64,000 bases of DNA from a virus (taxonomy: Duplodnaviria > Caudoviricetes): IMG/VR virus record IMGVR_UViG_3300033074_000984. One strand, given 5' to 3'. A program made the translations under genes and the position numbers. The first letter of the stretch is position 1; every line of letters begins with the position of its first letter. Below, in pieces: positions 48,396 to 57,137 of the stretch. The notes beneath the pieces were generated by a model, which saw only the letters and a list, made by a program, of their open reading frames with translations, did not search any database and had not been told where the DNA came from.

Positions 48396-48472
48396 GCGCG
48401 TGTAGCCCAATAGGCAGAGGCGCCCGACTCAAACCCGGGTTGTTCGGAGTTCGAATCTCCGCTCGCGCACCA
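48396..48472 (+). tRNA. tRNA-Leu(CAA)
   Basis: Short variable loop, ACCA. Confidence 0.85.
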
Positions 48473-48477
48473 TTTAT

Positions 48478-48563
48478 GGAGATAGTGTCCACCGGAGCGA
48501 CACACGCCAGGGCGGATCTCGAGTTAATCGCCTGGCGGAGAGGTTCGATCCCTTTTATCTCCA
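48478..48563 (+). ncRNA. tRNA-like RNA with elongated anticodon arm (loop CTCGAGT)
   Basis: GGAGATA/TATCTCC acceptor, T arm, CGCCAGG/CCTGGCG stem. Confidence 0.5.
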
Positions 48564-48971
48564 GCCCCCTATTATCAAGGAGCATAGCCCGTGAAAAGCG
48601 TGATTGACGATGACAGCTACAAGCAAGCATTGAGGGATGTCGCGGCCTGGCTCGTTGAACGTCGATTAGCGCTAATCGCATTCCCTCCTCGTGTAGAGGG
48701 GACGTACGCTGACGGCGCTGAAGCGGCGTACAAGAACGCCGCCTTGACTATCGAGATGTGGCTTGAAGAGTGGCAGACAGACTCCTCTGTTTGATCGCTC
48801 CGCACTTCGTCGCTGGGATAGAGGTGCTTGGCTCTTGGCGCGCTCCGATCCTCTCGTATATGAGGAACTGGAACGAGGACAAGATAAGGCGCTATTGCGC
48901 CCAAAAGGGCTGGCTCGTTAGAGTCGTCGATCCTGACGCAGACGAGAAGTTCTTAGCGAGAAGAGAGATCG

Positions 48972-49754
48972 ATGCACTGGGTGATACAGAGTAACGTCTT
49001 CAACGAGCCGTTCTTCTTCAAGATGCTCGATCTCCTCGAGAGAATGAACATACCACACGACGTAGTTCGCGCAGTGCCGTTCACGGGCGAGATGATCCCG
49101 GAGCCTGTCATAGATGGTCCGGCCATCGCGATAGGCTCCTACTCTTTCACGAATCGCGCTCGTCAGCTCGGCTGGCGTCCCGGTTCGTGGACCAACGAGA
49201 ACTACGACTATCGAGTGTGGTCTCGTCACTGGGACGAGTTCGTCTTGAACAAGGGCGAGGTGTGCCAGTTCGGCTCTGTTCCAGAGCGCGAGGGACTCTT
49301 TTTTATGAGACCAACGGCTGATGACAAGGCCTTTACCGGACACGTGCTCGACTACTCAGAGTACTCTGCATGGAGGCAGAAGCTCGTCGACCTCGTCGAA
49401 GACACCACGACCGTTGGCTTGTCTCTAGACGCTCCGGTACTTGTCGCTGAGCCGGTAGGCATAGCTGAGGAGTACAGGTTCGTCGTCATAGACGGAGAGC
49501 CGATCACTGGCTCCCTGTACAAGTCGCGCGGCGTGGCCCTTCAGAGAGAGGTTAGGACTGAACGCCAGGACTTGTACGACTACGTAGCGAGGGTGATCTC
49601 AACGTGGCAGCCGGCTAGGGTGTTCTGCTTAGACGTCGCCATCTCCGGCGGTCAGCCGTACGTATTAGAGATGGGAAACTTCAACTCCGCAGGTCTGTAC
49701 CAGTGCGACGTCCATAAGATCGTGGAGTCGATTGAGGGCATGTTAGTCGAGTAA
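48972..49754 (+). CDS. ATP-grasp protein (R2K/DUF4343 type)
   Basis: FFMRP..D.KAFTG, EYRF.VIDG, F.LD.A, LE.GNFNSAGLY. Confidence 0.8.
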   Translation: MHWVIQSNVFNEPFFFKMLDLLERMNIPHDVVRAVPFTGEMIPEPVIDGPAIAIGSYSFTNRARQLGWRPGSWTNENYDYRVWSRHWDEFVLNKGEVCQFGSVPEREGLFFMRPTADDKAFTGHVLDYSEYSAWRQKLVDLVEDTTTVGLSLDAPVLVAEPVGIAEEYRFVVIDGEPITGSLYKSRGVALQREVRTERQDLYDYVARVISTWQPARVFCLDVAISGGQPYVLEMGNFNSAGLYQCDVHKIVESIEGMLVE

Positions 49755-50310
49755 ATTGCTCCAATAACTGGTTGACTCTTTCGCCGACTCGTGATACTAT
49801 CTGCTCAACATGATGGAGAACGACATGAGCGCTGCAGACACTGAGATCGCATGTTTCGGCACTCACCAGCTCGCTCGCGCGATGATCCTTGCGTCGGATG
49901 ACGTGTTCGTGCGAACCGCTGCAGCGATCGTCACCTCGGTCACCGACGCCTATGACGGTGACGTGAAGATGCCGTCGGTGGCGACGTCGTTATCGGTGCC
50001 GATCTCGCGAGAGGCGGCTCTGGAGTACGTCGCCTCAATCTGTAAGCGTGGGGTGTCCGTCAGGCTCGCTGCCCGCGGAAACGTGACGATTATCGGATGA
50101 GCTCCATGGGAAAGCGCAACAAGGATCTCGCTGCAAGCTATCGAGCCGGCTTCAAAGACGGTCTCCTGATGGCGCTTGAGCGCTCTAGAGCACACATCGT
50201 AGCGAGAGGCGACACGACGCTGCCAGGCTCTCCTGAAAAGAGCCTGCTCTACGTGCTCGAGGCCTGGTTCGACTCTTGCATCGACGGCGTTCGGAGTGAT
50301 CCTGGTCCGT

Positions 50311-50520
50311 CTATCGACTGACAAGCTTCTCGTAGAAGCTCATGTCGAGGCGCTCTCCCATCTGGGCAGCTCGTTCAGCGACGAAGTGAAGATCTTCGTC
50401 GCTCTTTGCGTCTTCTCGAGCGTATTCGAGCAGTCGAATGAACAGCGGCACCGTCATAGAGATGGTGTCTGCTTGCTCTGTCTCTTCTATCATGGAGAGG
50501 TGCTGCGAGTATGTTCTCAT
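50311..50520 (-). CDS. Small late protein
   Basis: Minus-strand CATAAATA upstream; VPLFIRLLEYAREDA. Confidence 0.65.
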   Translation of the reverse strand: MRTYSQHLSMIEETEQADTISMTVPLFIRLLEYAREDAKSDEDLHFVAERAAQMGERLDMSFYEKLVSR

Positions 50521-50820
50521 GGACGTATTTATGCGCAGAGGCGCATAAACCCGGTTTATGCGTAGGAGCGCATAAAGGGAGAGTCGTTTGAGAATCAATA
50601 GAGGAATTAAAGGCTCTGACGACGGACGCGTGTTCGCTTGTCTAGCGATTCTTATGATCGCTGCTGCGGTGTGCGTCGCATATGTAGTCCGTGCATTTCC
50701 CTGTCCATCAGACAGGATCGTACCGATTGGTTTCATGTCTTGGGAGTGCATGGCTAAACAGTAAATGCGGGTTGACGATCTGCGCGACGTTTGATAGAAT
50801 GTCTTCACGATGTAACGAAC

Positions 50821-50895
50821 AGAAACGGACGGTCTGGGGACCTACTGGTTCTTACAAAGCTGGTGATCAGGGTTCGATTCCCTGCGTTTCTACCA
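50821..50895 (+). tRNA. tRNA-Val(TAC), atypical D arm
   Basis: AGAAACG/CGTTTCT-A-CCA; CT-TAC-AA. Confidence 0.72.
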
Positions 50896-51475
50896 TTTTC
50901 TTACGAGCCCAAGCGTCTTTAGCTGCTTGACTCAAACGCGCTTTATGATCAGCTGATTTAATCCTTCCACGTTGGAACGCAGAGACTTTTGATGCTCTAC
51001 TAGCCCGCGTTCGTATGTTCGCTTCGCTTATTTTTCTTCTTCCTTCTTCACCGATATCGCGACCAATGCCAGACAGACTTATCTTTTTTCGCGACTCAGT
51101 TGTGTGTGAACGGCCAAGGAACGGTTTATGATTTCGGGTGCGAGCCGCACGGCGATTCTCTTCAAGAGCTACAAGCCGCTGACTATGCGTCATATTTCGT
51201 TGCTGATTATCACTACAACGATTTAAGCAGTATAAAGCAAAGCGCATCTTGTTCTTGTCTATCTGATTCGTCACCATCTTCACTAGAAGACGATGACAAA
51301 TAAAGTGTTCTTTGAATGTTAGAAGAACCTTGTTATGCGAAGCTTCTTCGCCTCCTAGGCTTTTAGGAATTATGTGGTGGCTTTCATAGTAGTCGTTCTT
51401 TTTAGAGCGTAGTTGCGATGAAGCTTTCTCGATAATGAGAAAATACCATCGTTTATATTTTGATTCTTTGAACAT
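50867..51475 (-). CDS. HNH homing endonuclease (Mob-like) with NUMOD3
   Basis: ESHHIIPKSLGG..N.V.LT.KEHFICH.LL; GRSHTTESRKKIS. Confidence 0.9.
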   Translation of the reverse strand: MFKESKYKRWYFLIIEKASSQLRSKKNDYYESHHIIPKSLGGEEASHNKVLLTFKEHFICHRLLVKMVTNQIDKNKMRFALYCLNRCSDNQQRNMTHSQRLVALEENRRAARTRNHKPFLGRSHTTESRKKISLSGIGRDIGEEGRRKISEANIRTRASRASKVSAFQRGRIKSADHKARLSQAAKDAWARKKMVETQGIEP

Positions 51476-51550
51476 TATATTATATATAAGACAGTTGCCT
51501 TACCTTTAAATTAAACGAGAAAGGTTCGATTCCCTGAGGAAGCACCATTC

Positions 51551-51699
51551 GTTCTCTTTACGCCGTTCTCGTGTTTTCGCGAAAACGGGCCCACAAGTAG
51601 TGTAGCTGTTGCTCCGGGGAGCGGGGACCCCTTTAAAGGGTCCCTCCTAGGTTCGACTCCTAGGCAGTGACAAGGACGCGGGAACGGCGTAAGGAGAAC
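51551..51699 (+). ncRNA. Long-stem RNA enclosing a tRNA-like domain with a UUA anticodon-like loop
   Basis: GTTCTCTTTACGCCGTTCTCG/CGGGAACGGCGTAAGGAGAAC closing stem; D, anticodon and T arms inside. Confidence 0.6.
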
Positions 51700-51700
51700 T

Positions 51701-52575
51701 GGGGCGGCATAGCGCCCTTAAAGATAAGCGAGGGTGACCTCGTAAAAGCTGGGACGCCTACGTACCAGCGCCCGAGAGGGTCTGTCTATGCAAGCCTCGT
51801 CTCGCCCCGAGAGGGGACGCTCGGTTGAAACCCGGGCGTAAGCGCGACGATGAGGACACGAGCCCGATGCTCTGGGATAGAGCCTGGCCTCTGCGAAAGC
51901 AAGCTGGGCTCGAAGCGGTTCGCAAGCCGCGCTTGTGTCGCGCAAACTCATCTAACGTGAGAGACAAGGGGTAGCTGCTAGAGTCTGAGGTTGGCGCCAA
52001 GGGCGACGCAGCAGTGATAAGGGAGGCGGCGGGGATGCACGACGCTGTCCTGACTCACGGTCCGAGTCCTGCCAAGGACGAAGACAGACGGCGTGTGGTA
52101 TTCTTGCGACCAAAAGTCGCGAGAGCTGCAGGACCAGCACGTCGTAGTAGGTTCGAGATAGATGACAAATGGAAAGTCATCTGCTGTGATAGGCAGACAA
52201 ACGGGTTCGATTCCCGCATTCTCATTCAAAACGCAAAGCCTGGTCCGACGACAAGAGTAAGACGGCAAAACCTAAGGCCTCACGGGGTAACTTAGGCGCC
52301 TGACGGTCGCAAGCTGAAGGGTGTTACTGATCAAGACCTCATAGAGACTATAGCGGTCTCGAGCTGCTCGCAAGGCAGGTGGGTTCAACGATTGGCGAGT
52401 ATCTTGTCGTGCGGGTGATACGCCACACCTTAAAAAAGGCGCCGTTGACGACGTACGAGCTCACCTGGCTCGTGGACGTAGGTGAACGCCTCAAGTGCCC
52501 CTCGTGGCCGCACCCGTGCAGGGTGGGCGATAATACCTGAAGCGTCGTCGCTCACGCCCGTAGTCTCAGGGCATT
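51701..52575 (+). ncRNA. GOLLD-like giant structured RNA (~870 nt; boundaries approximate)
   Basis: No credible ORF, dense GNRA-capped hairpins, GTGGTATT..CAAAAG..AGC hairpin and TAGTCTCAGG 3' end recalled from GOLLD; located in a tRNA cluster. Confidence 0.65.
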
Positions 52576-52583
52576 AGTTTTAC

Positions 52584-52658
52584 GCTTCTCTAGCTCAGTG
52601 GCAGAGCGTCGCGCCGACATCGCGTAGGCCGGGGGTTCGATTCCCTCGAGAAGCACCA
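52584..52658 (+). tRNA. tRNA-Val(GAC)
   Basis: Cloverleaf, C33, ACCA. Confidence 0.88.
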
Positions 52659-52879
52659 AACATCGGAGCGCTCTCAATGACTACGTCGTCAGCAGACGAG
52701 ATTACTCAGATGAGTAACTTGGCGCGATACGTTATCAAAGCGGACAAGTGGGACAGCAACGACCACTTATACAAGATGTCGGAGGCGTATCTCGCGCTTC
52801 TTGCAGAGCTAAACAAACTTAAACAGACATCCTAGAGAAACCGAGAAGCTAGGTGCGCGGCCGACCATATAAATAGGTC

Positions 52880-53512
52880 ATGGAACTTATATGTAAACAT
52901 TGCGGTAAGGTGTGCTCTACACGTCGCTCGCTTGGTCAGCATCAATCGTTTTGTCGAAGTAATCCAACACCACGTCAATGTCAGTTTGTCATCTTTAATC
53001 GTACACGCGGCCCTTGGAACAAGGGTTTGAATAAAGCAATTGATCGGCGCGTTGCCCGTAGCAGTGAGACGTTACGTGCTGGATACGCAGATGGCCGATT
53101 GAAGACGTTTGGTGCTTGTTCTTCCACTTATTTAGGTACTGACGCTCACCGTCGTTCATCATCTCGTGGTGGAGGCTATAAAGAACGAGCCGGTAGGTCA
53201 AAGAAGACTTATGTAGAAGACTCTTTTGGTAAGATAACTTGTCTGCAGTCTTCATATGAAGCGAGACTCGCTGATTTATTAAATTCAATGTGTATCAAAT
53301 GGAAGCGACCTGGTGCTTTGACATACGGTGATAAAAAACGCTACTTTTCTGATTTCTATCTTACAGACTATGATCTATACTTAGATACCAAAAATGAGTA
53401 CCTTGCACGTCTTGATGCCGAAAAAATCAGACAAGTTTGTGCTACTGGCAAGCGAGTTCATATCATTCGTGAATGTCAGATATGTGAGGAATATATACGA
53501 ACACTCCTATAG
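52880..53512 (+). CDS. Zn-finger + PD-(D/E)XK putative homing endonuclease
   Basis: CKHC..H..C; QSSYE..YFSDFYL..LYLDTK; AT-rich, late promoter, overlaps tRNA-Ile. Confidence 0.75.
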   Translation: MELICKHCGKVCSTRRSLGQHQSFCRSNPTPRQCQFVIFNRTRGPWNKGLNKAIDRRVARSSETLRAGYADGRLKTFGACSSTYLGTDAHRRSSSRGGGYKERAGRSKKTYVEDSFGKITCLQSSYEARLADLLNSMCIKWKRPGALTYGDKKRYFSDFYLTDYDLYLDTKNEYLARLDAEKIRQVCATGKRVHIIRECQICEEYIRTLL

Positions 53513-53573
53513 CTCAATGGAAGAGCAAGCGCCTGATGAGCGTTGTATCCAGGTTCGATTCCTGGTAGGAGGA
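53503..53573 (+). tRNA. tRNA-Ile(GAT)
   Basis: Cloverleaf; CCA position reads CATAG. Confidence 0.82.
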
Positions 53574-53643
53574 CATAGACCTCCGAGCGAGCTGTAATCG
53601 CTCGGAGGTACAGATTCAAACTTACATCTTGAGGAGAACTGAA

Positions 53644-54381
53644 ATGACCGCAAAGCTTAATCAGATCATCGCTGTTGAGAAGGGCATCAAGTCGCGCGCG
53701 TACGCCGACCTCACCACGCTCAACAAGTCGGCTCAGAAGCCGGACCTGTTTCTCGGCTTCACGAAGACCTATACGCCGAAGAACGAGGAGGGCGAGCAGC
53801 TTCCAGGAGAGTCTCGTCGAGTGCAGCTCACCGCTGATGACGTCCTGCGTGGCGTGCATCGCACCCTCAGCGAGCTCTTTACGATCGAGGCGCGCAAGGA
53901 GTGGACCAACGTCGGCGCTCGTGCAGACGTCACGGTCGACGGCGTGACCATCGTCGAGCAGGCGCCGGTCACCTTCCTCCTCTTCCTCGAGAAGCAGCTC
54001 AACGACGTCAAGTCCATCGTCAGCAGCATCCCGATCCTCAGCCTCGACGAGGCCTGGAAGTTCGACGCTCAGAGCGGTCTCTCGAAGACCGAGGCGAGCA
54101 TCCAGCACCGCACGAAGAAGGTCGAAAAGCCCATCGTGCTCTATCCGGCAACGGACAAGCACCCGGCACAGACCGCTCTGAGCTCGGAAGACGTGATTGT
54201 CGGCTTCTGGCACACAGTCAAGCAGTCCGGCGCCGTCGCAGCGACTCGCAAGCGCGAGCTGCTCGAGCGCATCGACCGACTGGCTATCGCTGTGAAAGAG
54301 GCGCGGGAGACCGCCAACTCGATCGAGGAGGCTCACTCCCCAGACGTCGCCAAGACGGTCTTTAGCTACCTCTTCGCGTAA
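53644..54381 (+). CDS. Conserved helical protein of unknown function
   Basis: KLNQIIAVEKG, YTPK.EEGEQLP.E, ARADV.VDG, LLFLEKQL, AT.KHPAQ, A.K.ARE.AN; strong codon bias. Confidence 0.85.
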   Translation: MTAKLNQIIAVEKGIKSRAYADLTTLNKSAQKPDLFLGFTKTYTPKNEEGEQLPGESRRVQLTADDVLRGVHRTLSELFTIEARKEWTNVGARADVTVDGVTIVEQAPVTFLLFLEKQLNDVKSIVSSIPILSLDEAWKFDAQSGLSKTEASIQHRTKKVEKPIVLYPATDKHPAQTALSSEDVIVGFWHTVKQSGAVAATRKRELLERIDRLAIAVKEARETANSIEEAHSPDVAKTVFSYLFA

Positions 54382-54834
54382 CAGCGAAGACTGGTGGCCT
54401 CGTGAGGGGCCACCACAGTTTCTCTAGGCTCAGGCTTAGGCACAAGCTGACGCGATCCCGCACGTTGGAGGTTCGAGTCCTCTCCCCTATACAGAAGAGC
54501 TCGTGGAGCTCTTTCGCATAGGGGTGCCGGAACTTGGTAGACGGAGCGCCAATGATGGCGCTGTGCACCTTGGGATCACTTTTAAGCTGAAGCTATTCAC
54601 GCCAGCTTGAGTATTGCTGCGCTGTCTCTATCGATCCTTGCGATAGCTTTAACGGATAGTCCGGGTTCGAGTCCCGGCACCCGCTCCGCGCGTCTCGTGG
54701 AGGCGCGTCGAGCGGGTGTTGGCCAAAGGTAGGCCGATCACGTATAAGACTGACGTCGCGAGTTAAACGTCGAGAGACGGGTGAAGTCGCAGCTACAAAG
54801 GGCCGGCTCGTAGGGTACTCGGGCCGGCCCACCA
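54382..54834 (+). ncRNA. ~450-nt structured RNA with hexamer repeats and two circularly permuted tRNA-like domains
   Basis: T arm -> closed acceptor -> D arm order at 54467-54544 and 54661-54735. Confidence 0.75.
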
Positions 54835-54840
54835 ATAGAC

Positions 54841-54918
54841 GGACCAGTGAACCGGAATAGGATGCGGCCCAGACTTTTAATCTGGTATATGAGAGTTCGA
54901 GTCTCTCCTGGTCCTCCA
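54841..54918 (+). tRNA. tRNA-Lys(TTT)
   Basis: CT-TTT-AA, TCCA end. Confidence 0.85.
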
Positions 54919-55449
54919 ACTCTCTTTCATTCTCTCACTCATTTTCCGTCTTTGTTCAGGGTCTCCAAACCGTATACTAGCTGCTACAGCGGTAGCAGCT
55001 CTCTGTTTATCGGTTTTTGGTTTACCTCTTAATTTAAGACTGATCGCTGCACCCATCCGTTTCTTAGTTTCCGTGCTATGCTGTCGACCTTGATACGGCT
55101 GTTTTAGCCTAGCACGGCGCTTTTGTGACATAATCTCTCTAGACTCTGAGCTAGCAGCTAAGAACGGATAACGTCCCAAGTTAGTGTAGAGCGGATTTTC
55201 TATAGCACCTAGCATTGACAGAAGCGCTTGTTCGCGCCGTTGAGCAGATTTTGCATCATCGAATGTCTCTAAAACTATCGTCTTGAAGAGCTCAGGATGC
55301 TCTTTTCGTTCATTGTTCCATGTCGTTTTGTATCGTCTTGAAGAGACGCTTCCGTTATATCCCTTAGCAATCTGGGAGCATCTGACGCTTCCGATGTAAA
55401 AGGGTGGAAGCTTGTTACCACGATAGATCGTGAGATAAGTGCAATACAT
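54877..55449 (-). CDS. GIY-YIG-like homing endonuclease with NUMOD3
   Basis: YCTYLTIY.GNKLPPFYIGS..GYNGSV; GRQHSTETK. Confidence 0.8.
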   Translation of the reverse strand: MYCTYLTIYRGNKLPPFYIGSVRCSQIAKGYNGSVSSRRYKTTWNNERKEHPELFKTIVLETFDDAKSAQRREQALLSMLGAIENPLYTNLGRYPFLAASSESREIMSQKRRARLKQPYQGRQHSTETKKRMGAAISLKLRGKPKTDKQRAATAVAASIRFGDPEQRRKMSERMKESWRTRRDSNSHIPD

Positions 55450-55521
55450 AGGCGTGCTGGGACCTCCTGGTAAGCCTAGAGCTGATGGGTGGTGAGACAC
55501 CGCGATCAGCGTTATGTATAT

Positions 55522-55599
55522 GGACGCGTGACTGGAACTGGCTATCAGTCCAGACTCTTAATCTGGAATATGGGGGTTCGAGTCCCCCCGCGTCCTCCA
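55522..55599 (+). tRNA. tRNA-Lys(CTT)
   Basis: CT-CTT-AA, TCCA end. Confidence 0.85.
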
Positions 55600-55954
55600 A
55601 CTAAACGCGCGGTCGTTACACGACTTCCTCCGCGTAAGAGAGTATACGAACTCGACGACGAGACGGTCCGTGCGTCAATCGTCGCCGTAAAGGGGCCGGT
55701 CTCTACAAAACGAGGCGCCTACTAATACAGTAACTTGAAATTGACTTTCCAATCAGAGAGCGTTACTATGCTTGAGACGATACGATTCGTGGTCATCGCG
55801 AGGAAGATCTTTAGACAGCTCCTTTTGTGGGTGTCTATCTGCGTGGTGTGCGTGGTCGGCGTCGTTTGGGGAGCTGCGTTCGCTATGCAGCTTCTTCTAT
55901 ACATACTCCTGGTGCTTGTTGGCTACCTGCTGTTCGGCAGCTTAAGGAGATGAC

Positions 55955-56269
55955 ATGTCCGAAGAAGTTCGATACGACGGAGAGGCTACTCGGCGATACT
56001 TCATTTTTCAGCGCGCCGACGACATCAAGTCGCTTCTCCAGACCATCATAGACTCTGACCCAAACTTCGGATCAGAGGCGTACATTGTTGGAGATGACGA
56101 GACGATCTCGAGTCTCGGTGGAGACGATCTCGATGCGAGGGACCTGATCTTAGCAATTGAGGATCAGTTCGGCGTTGAGATGCCGGACGACGTTGACTAC
56201 CTCAACGTCAAGATCATTGACATCGCGGCCATTCTCTCAAGAGAGTTGCCTGACGACTATGGTGCTTAG
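55955..56269 (+). CDS. Acyl-carrier-protein-like protein lacking the phosphopantetheine Ser
   Basis: LGGDDLD..DLILAIEDQFGVEMPDD. Confidence 0.7.
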   Translation: MSEEVRYDGEATRRYFIFQRADDIKSLLQTIIDSDPNFGSEAYIVGDDETISSLGGDDLDARDLILAIEDQFGVEMPDDVDYLNVKIIDIAAILSRELPDDYGA

Positions 56270-56657
56270 TCTCAACAGCGCGCAAAGAGCTCTAATAGCC
56301 GGTCACCTCAACAAGTACGACCCACCTACGTCTTGGCGATGGGTCATGCAAGGCTGTTATCTTAGATGCGCATCCGCGCGTGGAACAACGTACACCATAT
56401 CGTCGCAGGACTTCAGCGACCTCATGTCGCGTAAACTCGTAACGTGGGGCGACTATCAACGTCGCGTCTACATTACACCTGAAGGCGTAACCGCTTTGAA
56501 AGAGGAAGATCGTAATGACTGACGTTGAGGCCTGGTGCGTCGCTAATCGCCAGTGGGGTCGTGAGCTTAACATGGCTCATCTTGACTTCCTTATGGCGAA
56601 GACGAAGGACTGGTCTGAGTACCGGTTCTACAAGGAGTGCAAGGAGAAATACGAACG

Positions 56658-56882
56658 ATGAGTGACTTTCAACGCTACTCCCGAAAGGGCTTCGCCGAAG
56701 CGCGCCCTTACGTTCTCGGAGAGGTGCTCTCTGATCGAGTCTCGATCTCTGCAGCTGATCGCGAGGCCGGCTCGCCGAAGGTCGGCGACATGATCGCTCG
56801 TAACCCGGCTGATCCGGGTGATATGTGGCTCATCGCTGAAGACTACTTCAACGCAAACTTCTCTTCTGCGCCGCAGTCGTGA
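56658..56882 (+). CDS. Conserved small phage protein
   Basis: AE.RPY..GE, GSPKVGDMIARNP, D.WL.A..YF..NF. Confidence 0.7.
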   Translation: MSDFQRYSRKGFAEARPYVLGEVLSDRVSISAADREAGSPKVGDMIARNPADPGDMWLIAEDYFNANFSSAPQS

Positions 56883-57061
56883 GCGTGACACTCTTAGTGC
56901 AGCGGACGCTGTACATCTCAGAGTGTCCGAAGTGTGGGGATCGAGTCGAACGCGACTCGAACCCTCCCCGTGAGAGGCAGTGCAAGTGTGGCGCATGGGT
57001 GCCGTTCGTTGCACAGACAGCGACGAGCCCTGAGTACAGAGCTCTGCGCTAACAGAATTAA

Positions 57062-57137
57062 CTAGGTGAAGCTCGTGTTAGAAGAGCACCTCCCTCGGAA
57101 GGAGGAGGCCCCGGGGCAGAGCCGGGCACCTAGACCA
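57062..57137 (+). tRNA. tRNA-Pro(CGG), non-canonical T loop
   Basis: CTAGGTG/CACCTAG-A-CCA; CT-CGG-AA. Confidence 0.8.

Noticed and set aside
56879-57052. Hairpin-rich stretch before tRNA-Pro
   Set aside because: Reads as a small CxxC ORF coupled to the upstream gene
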